A stretch of 48,736 bases of DNA, taken from Verrucomicrobiota bacterium. Lineage in GTDB: Bacteria > Verrucomicrobiota > Verrucomicrobiia > Methylacidiphilales > Verrucolacustridaceae. The stretch lies in contig RFMG01000115.1 in NCBI GenBank assembly GCA_009927835.1, positions 1 through 48,736 on the forward strand, read 5' to 3'. This document shows positions 28,743-36,400 of the stretch, in pieces; position 1 is the first letter of the stretch; each line of letters begins with the position of its first letter. A program made the translations under genes and the position numbers. The notes beneath the pieces were generated by a model. That model ran no database searches. It worked only from the letters and a program-made list of their open reading frames with translations, and was not told the origin of the DNA.

Positions 28743-28759
28743 CCCGGTCAAAGACCGGG
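28743..28759. terminator. Hairpin downstream of the isomerase operon
   Basis: CCCGGTC-AAA-GACCGGG. Confidence 0.4.
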
Positions 28760-28824
28760 GCTTTTGTGCCGCCGAGGTGAAAGCTAGCGCGAACAACTTC
28801 CAGAAAAATGCGTCCTCGCCCGGA

Positions 28825-30618
28825 TCAGCCCCGCACCCGCATAAACGCCTTGATCGTCGCGCACTCGGTGCCCTCGGCTTGGCCGTGGGGACGGAGGGTG
28901 TAGCGGCCGACGGCGGCTGGCACCACGAAGGTTTCCGCGTAATGGACCACAAAGGGCGCAAAGGCCCCGGTGGGACTGGCCACCTCGGCCTCCTGGCCCT
29001 GGACAAGGTTGAGCACGTGGACGCTTTCTCCCCGCGTGTCATGCGCCACGACCCCGGTGAACCAGTGCCGCCGGGTCTCCAGCGACTCGCTGCGGTCCAG
29101 GCCGGTCTTTTCCTCCCGCCAGCCGGGGCCCGAGGCCACGGGCGTGATCGCGTTCACCAGCCGCTCGCGGCACCACGTCTCGTTGCGGTTCCACTGGAGG
29201 TTCTCGCGCCCGCGCTCCAGATGAATCGGCCGCGGCCGGCCGTCGAGGTCGAGGCGGCCCCAGTCCCACATCTTGAAGGTGAAAAGATAGGGCGTGTGGC
29301 TGATTTCCAAAACCATGCTGTTGCGGCCGGAGGCGTGGCAGGTGCCGGCAGGAATCAGGAAATGATCGTGCGGGCGGACAGCAAAACGCGCCACATGCCG
29401 CTCGTCCGGAAACGGGCGGGAGGGATCCCGCTGCGCGATTTCCAGATCCGCCAGCATCGCCGCCCGATCCACGTCGTCCTTCACCCCAAGATACACGACC
29501 GCGCCGGGTTCGGCGTCGAGAAGATAATAACTTTCGTCCTGCGTGGAGCTGAGCCCGAAATGTTCGCGGGCGTAGTCGAGGAGCGGATGGACCTGGAGGC
29601 TGAGGTTTTGCCCCCCCATCGTGTCCAGAAAGTCGAAGCGGATGGGAAACTCCGCCCCAGTGCGGCCATAGACCGGCTCGCCGAGCAGCTCGACAGGGCG
29701 GAAGAAGACCAGGTGGATCGAGGGAATCTCCACCTGAACCGCACCGAAACCGAGCCGCAGGCTGTTCTCCTCCGGCACGCAGTCAAAGCACCAGGCATAG
29801 TTCGGGGGACCTTCGGGCAGGGAGCAAACCTCGCGCATCCACTGTCCACCCCAGACGCCGGGATCAAAAAACGGCACCAGCCGGAACGGCCGGCGCACCG
29901 CCTCGTCCAGACCGGCCGCCAAGGCCCGGGCGGTGATCATCTTGGGGCGGCCTTCCGCACAGGTGTCGAGCAGGTAGTCCCAGTGCCGGTGGGTCTCCCG
30001 CTTCTGCCGGTCGCAGACCCGCCCATCGACAAAAAAACTGCGCTGGTATTTCCGGGCGGCCCGCAGGGTGCGGTTTTCCACCCCGAGGTTGGAGACGCGG
30101 TTCGCCCGCTGCCGCCGCTGCAGCTCCCACCGCGCCATGTCCGCATACACGGTCAGGTCCGGCCGGCAGGCCCGCAGGGCGCCCGGCCCGTAGACCACCG
30201 TGAGCCCCTCGGCGGCCGCCAGGCGGGCCCGCAGCAACTCCACTTTTGCGGGATCGAAAAAATCCTCCAGGGTCAGCCGGGTGAGGCGCCCGAAGACCGG
30301 GTCGTCGCCCCCCAGATCGGGCGCCACGAGCGCATCGATGGCCTCCGGCGAACGGAAGGCGGCCTCGACGGTGTGAACCCACTCGTCCGGGCGCAGGCCC
30401 TCGCGGAGCGCGGGGATGACCTCCTCATCGAGCACGCCCGGAACCGTCTCCACCGCCAGCACGAAGCGGCCGCGGCCGGGCGGCCGCCCCGCCGCAATGG
30501 CCCGGCGCAGTTCCGCGGCGATCTCCCGCCAGCCGTCCCAGACCTGGTCCGCGTGGCCCGGCACGGCCACGAAGGGCTGGGCGTCGTAGTTGGCCGAGTG
30601 CAGCCCGTGGCGTTGCAA
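28825..30618 (-). CDS. Class I mannose-6-phosphate isomerase (long form with N-terminal extension)
   Basis: PFFDPGVWGGQWM, WCFDCVPEENS, NLSLQVHP, QDESYY, IPAGTCHASG. Start is TTG 30618 or CTG 30627, just after the upstream stop. Confidence 0.85.
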   Translation of the reverse strand: MQRHGLHSANYDAQPFVAVPGHADQVWDGWREIAAELRRAIAAGRPPGRGRFVLAVETVPGVLDEEVIPALREGLRPDEWVHTVEAAFRSPEAIDALVAPDLGGDDPVFGRLTRLTLEDFFDPAKVELLRARLAAAEGLTVVYGPGALRACRPDLTVYADMARWELQRRQRANRVSNLGVENRTLRAARKYQRSFFVDGRVCDRQKRETHRHWDYLLDTCAEGRPKMITARALAAGLDEAVRRPFRLVPFFDPGVWGGQWMREVCSLPEGPPNYAWCFDCVPEENSLRLGFGAVQVEIPSIHLVFFRPVELLGEPVYGRTGAEFPIRFDFLDTMGGQNLSLQVHPLLDYAREHFGLSSTQDESYYLLDAEPGAVVYLGVKDDVDRAAMLADLEIAQRDPSRPFPDERHVARFAVRPHDHFLIPAGTCHASGRNSMVLEISHTPYLFTFKMWDWGRLDLDGRPRPIHLERGRENLQWNRNETWCRERLVNAITPVASGPGWREEKTGLDRSESLETRRHWFTGVVAHDTRGESVHVLNLVQGQEAEVASPTGAFAPFVVHYAETFVVPAAVGRYTLRPHGQAEGTECATIKAFMRVRG

Positions 30619-30631
30619 ATAGCTCAGAGGC

Positions 30632-31015
30632 TCATTCCCCCACCGCCGGCCGCTGGAAATCGTCCTCATACCGCGTGATATCCGCCTGTTCCCAACGGCC
30701 GAAGGCAACCTCGAGGACGCGGCACGGTCGCTCCCCCGCGCAGGCCAGCCGGTGCCGCTCATGGGCGCGGATCCAGATCTCCTCCCCCGGCTGGCAATCC
30801 CACACCCGCTCGCCGACCTGCACCCTCGCCCCGGGATCGAGGACGATCCAGAGCTCCGCCCGCCTGGTGTGGCTTTGCAGGGAAAGCCGCTGGCCGGGCT
30901 GCACCTGCATCAGGCTGACCGTGCATTCCCGGTTGAGGGCGTACTGGTGGAATCCGCCCCACGGCCGCGCCACTTGGCCGACGGGCGGCCGCGACTCCGG
31001 GAGGGACGGGATCAC
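30632..31015 (-). CDS. Stand-alone type II phosphomannose isomerase C-terminal cupin domain
   Basis: RPWGGF, VQPGQRLSLQSHTRRAELWIVL, HRL, VLEVAFG..EQADITRYEDDF. Confidence 0.88.
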   Translation of the reverse strand: MIPSLPESRPPVGQVARPWGGFHQYALNRECTVSLMQVQPGQRLSLQSHTRRAELWIVLDPGARVQVGERVWDCQPGEEIWIRAHERHRLACAGERPCRVLEVAFGRWEQADITRYEDDFQRPAVGE

Positions 31016-31626
31016 GGCCGCCCCCCCGCCCCGCGGACCAGGCGGGCGCGTTCCACCAGCACCGGCTGCCCCTCCCGCTCGACCAGGCAGCAGCGGAAGT
31101 TCCTCTCCGCGATCGCGGCGTAGTCATGGCCGGCGGCGGCGGGATAGATGCCGAGGTAAACGAGCGGCTCGCTTCCCACGTTGGCGGTGCGGTGGGCGGT
31201 GTGGCCCGGCACATAGACGACATCGCCCGCGCCCAGCGGCACCAGGCGCGTCCGGCCCGTGGCCTCCTCCTCCAGGATCATCCGCCCGTCCCCCCGCAGC
31301 CCGACATACACCTCCGCGGCCGGACGCCAGGCATGCAGGTGGCCCTTGGTCAGAAAATATTCCTGCCCGATCTTCCCGGCCTGCAAGGTGCCGAGGCCGT
31401 AATGGAGCTGCCCGTCCCCTTCCGCCGGCGCCACCCCCACGACGCGGTAGACCAGCGGGTTGCCGCGGGCCAGCGCCTCGCCGTAGGCGACCTCGTCATG
31501 GAAAACCCCGCGCAGATCGGACAAAAAACGCTCCGTGCCAGGGTGCGCGCCCACCGTTCCCGCCCCGAGATCCAGGTGGGCGGCAAGGTGTTCCGGCAGC
31601 ACGGAGGCAAGCCCGGGGACGGCCAT
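31012..31626 (-). CDS. Cupin-type (archaeal-type) glucose-6-phosphate isomerase
   Basis: NPLVYRV, GKIGQEYFLTKGHLH..AEVY, VVYVPGHTAHRTANVG, YPAAAGHDY match Pyrococcus-type cupin PGI motifs. Confidence 0.85.
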   Translation of the reverse strand: MAVPGLASVLPEHLAAHLDLGAGTVGAHPGTERFLSDLRGVFHDEVAYGEALARGNPLVYRVVGVAPAEGDGQLHYGLGTLQAGKIGQEYFLTKGHLHAWRPAAEVYVGLRGDGRMILEEEATGRTRLVPLGAGDVVYVPGHTAHRTANVGSEPLVYLGIYPAAAGHDYAAIAERNFRCCLVEREGQPVLVERARLVRGAGGRP

Positions 31627-31660
31627 CAAGCTGAAACTGGGGCGGGCCTCCGACCCCTGA

Positions 31661-31702
31661 CAACAAAATAACATTCCATAACACTTTTTTCTGAATCTAA
31701 CA
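31661..31702. promoter_or_regulatory. Candidate DeoR operator: TAACA direct repeats in divergent promoter region
   Basis: CAACA 31661, TAACA 31669, TAACA 31679, TAACA 31698, roughly helical spacing. Confidence 0.45.
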
Positions 31703-31762
31703 TTTTTGATTCGTAAAACGGGCAGGCTGGACATGTCCTTTCCTATCGTTTTATATCACCGG

Positions 31763-32521
31763 GTGATTGCCGCCGAACGGCACCAGCGCATTCTCGGCAT
31801 GGTGGAGCGGGACCGCTCGGTTTCGATCGCCTCCCTGCGCCGGAACTTTCCCGTCTCGCTCATGACACTGTGGCGGGATCTGGAACACCTGCGTGAGGCG
31901 GGCCGCATCCAGCGGGTACGCGGGGGTGCGGTGGCGGCCGGCGACCCCGCCGAGACGGCGATCTCCGTCAAGGCCCGGCGGCACAGCGAGGCCAAGCGCC
32001 GCATCGCGCGGACGGCGGTGGATCAGCTGGTGCGGCGTGGCATGACCCTGATCATTGACGGCGGCAGCACCGTGGCCGAGGTCTGCCCCCTGCTGGCCGG
32101 ACGCGGCGTGACGGTGCTCACCCACAGCCTGACCATTCTTGCGCGGATGCAGCGGGACGCCCCGGACGCGGGTTGCCATGCCAGCGGGGGCATGTTGCGT
32201 CCGATCTCCGGGACCTTTGTCGGCCCCGACGCCATCCGCTTCTTTCGCCGCAAGCGGGCCGACCTCTTTCTCATGACGGTCACGGGCCTGGATCCGGAGC
32301 ACGGCCTGACGGATCCGAACCCGCTGGAGGTTGAGGTCAAGCAGGCCATGATTCAGGCGGCCCAACGAACCGTCCTCCTCGTCGATGCCAGCAAGCTTGG
32401 GCAGACCGCGATGTGTCCCGTGGCGCCCTTTCACCGAATGCACGCGGTGGTGTGCGATGCCCCCAACCAGCTTCCACGCTTTCCAGCCCGGCCGGGGGCG
32501 CGCTGGTTCCGCGCGCGATGA
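31763..32521 (+). CDS. DeoR/GlpR-family transcriptional regulator
   Basis: ERHQRIL, VSLMTLWRDL..L...GRIQRVRGGA, IIDGGSTV, LLVDASKLG. Confidence 0.93.
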   Translation: MIAAERHQRILGMVERDRSVSIASLRRNFPVSLMTLWRDLEHLREAGRIQRVRGGAVAAGDPAETAISVKARRHSEAKRRIARTAVDQLVRRGMTLIIDGGSTVAEVCPLLAGRGVTVLTHSLTILARMQRDAPDAGCHASGGMLRPISGTFVGPDAIRFFRRKRADLFLMTVTGLDPEHGLTDPNPLEVEVKQAMIQAAQRTVLLVDASKLGQTAMCPVAPFHRMHAVVCDAPNQLPRFPARPGARWFRAR

Positions 32522-32638
32522 ACCGGAAGCTCCGCCGGGGTCCAAGGATCGTCTGGGCAGAACTCGAAATGGGTGGGAAGCCACCTCGTGAGCCGCAGAC
32601 GGTCGACACCTTCCGTTTTGGATGTTAAGGGGACTCGG

Positions 32639-33409
32639 ATGGAAAAAGTTTCCATTTTGTCTTTCCCCTCGGCCGCCCTGGCCGGCTCCGTCCCCGGTTT
32701 CTCCCGACCCGATGGCGGCAGAACCCGTTGGGCCCGGGGCTTCACCCTGGTCGAGCTGCTCACCGTCGTCGCCATCGTCGGTCTCGTCGCCGGGTTGGCG
32801 ATCGTGGCCACCGGCAAGGCCCGCGCCTCGGCCCTGGCCGCCAAGGATCTGGCCAACCTGCGGCAGACCGCCACCCTGGTTTTGACCGCGGCGGCGGAGT
32901 TTGGAAAAATTCCCGGAGCCACGTTGGACGATGGGGCGAACAACTGGGTGAAGGTGGTCCGGGAATATCTGCCGGGCTCCTATCCGCCCGATGGGGAGTT
33001 CCCTCCGGTCAAACTGCTCGATCCCAACCATCCCTACCTCTGCCCTTCCCTCAGCGCCCTGCGCCCTGACCTCCCCATGATTCGGATCGGCCACCAATGG
33101 GCGATGAACTGGTCCGTCAACATGGCCCCGTTGCCCGCCATCGCGCGGCCCTCCAAAACCGTCATGCTCACCACCGCCTGCTTCAGCGCAGCCGCCGGCT
33201 GGGGCGCGTTGCAGTTTTTTCCCTCCGAGCGGCGGAACCCCGACTTCCCTTACCCATCCCGCCGTCTGAGCCTGACCGATCCCACCGGGATGGGGCCGCC
33301 CGATCGCGCCACCTTGATGGCCTTTGTCGATGGACATGTGGAAAGGGTCTCCTTCCGCGACACCAACTATTTTCCGGTCAACGCCGCCAAGCCCGCCTGG
33401 ACGCCCTGA
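32639..33409 (+). CDS. Prepilin-type N-terminal cleavage/methylation protein (pilin-like) with C-terminal FVDGHV motif, paralog 1
   Basis: RG|FTLVELLTVVAIVGLVAGL, NLRQ, YLCPS, WAMN, LMAFVDGHVE. Confidence 0.88.
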   Translation: MEKVSILSFPSAALAGSVPGFSRPDGGRTRWARGFTLVELLTVVAIVGLVAGLAIVATGKARASALAAKDLANLRQTATLVLTAAAEFGKIPGATLDDGANNWVKVVREYLPGSYPPDGEFPPVKLLDPNHPYLCPSLSALRPDLPMIRIGHQWAMNWSVNMAPLPAIARPSKTVMLTTACFSAAAGWGALQFFPSERRNPDFPYPSRRLSLTDPTGMGPPDRATLMAFVDGHVERVSFRDTNYFPVNAAKPAWTP

Positions 33410-33449
33410 CGGGGGAATCCCGCGTTCTGTCCTGGTTCCCCTCCTGCGC

Positions 33450-36400
33450 CTAGTCCCGAGGGAGCAGGAGGATTTGGGTGCTGGCTTCCCGGTTGTCGAT
33501 GTCCTGCACGGAGGTGCCAAAGAAGCGGTTGTGGGAAACCTTGCCGTTGAGGTTCCCCGCCGGGATGCGGATGCCAACCCCTTCGTTTTCATTGAAAATG
33601 ATCATGTTGCCCGAGAGGTCGAACCCGTTGCAGGTTTCGGGGGCGGCCCCAAGGTTGATGAACACATTGTCGGGCCGGGGCGTGAGATAAGCGGCCGCCA
33701 GCATGTTGTCGCGGACCACCAGGTTGGTGCAGTTCAGGAAGGAGAACGTCGTGCCGGTGGGGGGATTGGGATTCTGGGGACCCGCGATCGTCAGCGTGTT
33801 GATGACCACGACGTCGTTCGCGTTTTTGACGCGCAGGTTCACGGGACAATCAATATGCGAGTTGTTCATCGAGAAGGATCCGCCGTTGGCATCGACCACC
33901 AGGCCGGTCAGGCCGCCCCCGTTGAAGCTGGGCCCTCGGATGTTCACCCCGCCGCCCAGGCTCTCGATGATCCCCCCGGACTGCTTCCCGTAGATGTTGC
34001 CGCCCTGCCAGTCGAACCCATAGCCGCCGGTGAAGTGGAGGCCGAAGAGGCTGGCATTGTCGTTGCCGACCGAGCGCATGTCCACGAACTGCAACAGCGG
34101 CCGGACGGTCCCGGTGGCCTTGATTCCCCCGCTGAAGTAACGGGGCGTGGGGTTCCCATCGTCGTCCTCCTTGGGCTCCCAGGTGAAGAGCCGGACATCT
34201 TGGATGAGGAGGGAACGGTCGCCGGTGGGACTGCCGTTCTGCTGCGTCACCTCGATCGCGGTGGAGGGGTTGGCGGTGTGCGGGTCGATCCGGAATCCGT
34301 GCAGGAAAATCGGCACGGGCTGCGTGCAGTCGATCTTGAAAACCCCCTCGAAACCGGTCACCGCCAGGCCGGAGACGTGGCTGCCGTCCCCGGCGATCGT
34401 CAGCTTTTGCCAGTTCGCCCCGCCTTGGGTGAGATGGAGCCGGGTGGACAAGTGGTACAGGCCCGCGGGAAAATAAAGCGTGCCGGAGCCGCCGCTGTCC
34501 AGGGTGGCCTGCAGCGCGTTCACCGCACTCTGCAGGGCCGCGGTGTCGTCGAGCCCGTCCACCCCGTTGGCCCCGTAATCCGTCACCTTGACGATCGGCC
34601 CATGCACCAGCTGGTTCCACGGGACCAGGACCCGGCCGGGCCGGTATCCGTAGGCCGGCAGGCGGGTCGCCGTCTCCCGGAAGGTCCGCGGGGCGTTGGT
34701 CCGGACCACGGTCAGGCTTCCCCCATTGATCACGGAGGCAGCGGCGGGAGCGTTGTCCAGAACGGTGGTGCTGGCCACCCCCGCCTCGATCCGCACCGCG
34801 GTGCCTACGGAGCCGAAGCGGTTGTGGGCCACCGTGTTGTCCTCCGTGAGGGGGCTTTGCACAAGAACCCCGGTCTGGCCCGCGGCACCGGTAAACTCGT
34901 TTTCGGAAACGATCACGTGGTGGGACTGCCGCACCGTCAGGTGGCGGAAGTTCGGGTCGTTGCCCAAAGAAACAAAACGGTTGTCATGGATGGGGAAAAA
35001 TCCCTTGCCTTCAAGGATCACCCCGGAATCCCAGGCGGAGATGTTGCAACCGATGAGCGCGCCGCCCAAGCCGGAGGGACCGGTGAAATCATAAGGGTCC
35101 ACGTGCATGTGGATCCCGGTATTCACGTTGGTGAGGGTGGTGTGCTCGATCACCGCCCCCTCGCCGCCCTTACGGGTATCAATCCCCATGTGCATATCCG
35201 TCAAGGTGCAGTTGTTGAAGGCGTAGCTGTAGTGCCGGTCGAGCAGGATGCCGGCCCGCGTGCCTTGCCGGTCGCCCGTCACCCGGACATCGGTGAACTC
35301 CGGCAACAGCACCCTCCGCCCGACGAAGCCGTAGCGGAAATATTGGCCGGGGCCGCCGCGGGTGATGGCCACATTTTTAACCAAGGGCACGACCGCCTGG
35401 ATGGTGTCCGCGGTGGGCATGCGCTGGACCTCGATGGCCGCACCCGCATCCGCCACGCCGGCCCGAATCTGCAGGTCCTGGATCCGCACCCCAAACTGGC
35501 CAAAATGGTGCTCCGTGTCGTTCACGTTGAAGAACAGGGCCCCCTCATGGGTGGCGGCGTGGAGGATGGTGGCGTCCGATCCCTCGCTTTCCGCACCGCG
35601 GACGGTCAGTCCGTAGTTGAGGCCGAAATTCGCAGGCGGCTCCGCCCGCTCGAAATTCAGGCGGCGCGTGATCCGGTAGGTTCCCGGGGGCAGCACGAGG
35701 CAGCCGCCGCCGTCCCGCACCAAGTTCGCGGCCAGGTAGTCGAGAGCCTTTTGCAGGGGCACGGTGTCGTCGGCCACTCCGTCACCCGCGGCACCAAAGT
35801 CGGTCTTGGCATTCACCGTCAGCGAGGTTCTCGGTGCGACCGTCAGGGTCTGGCTGACCGCCGCGGCTCCCTGGTAGGTGCTGTTGCCGGGCTGACTGGC
35901 CGTGATGGTGGTGGTGCCGGTGCCCACGAGGGTCACGGTCTGGCCCGAGATGGTGGCGACCTGCGGGTTGCTGCTGGTGTAGGTCAGCGGCAGCCCGCTG
36001 GAGGATGAGCCGGAGAGCGTGAAGGACGGCAGACCGAGGGTCTTGGTGGGCAGCGGCGGAAAGGAGAGGCCCTGCACCTGCGGCACCGTGGCCACGCGGT
36101 AAAACTTTCTGCCCGCCGCGGATACCGAGATGCCTTTCCATTCGTATCCGCTCGGGGTCGCCCTCCCGGTGACCGGCGTCACTGCCGCGGCGGAGTTGAC
36201 CCACGCCCCGGTGGCCAGATCCGCGCACTCCTGCAGGGCATAAACCACCGAACCCCCGGTGCGCTGCATCCAGGTGAAAACAAAACTGGCGCCGCTGGTG
36301 CCGACGCTCCACGAGACCGGATCGGCGGCGGCGGGATTGCCGCCGAAGGCGTACTCCGAAAAGGTCGTGCGCCCGTCTCCGTCGGGATCGGCCGTCCCGC

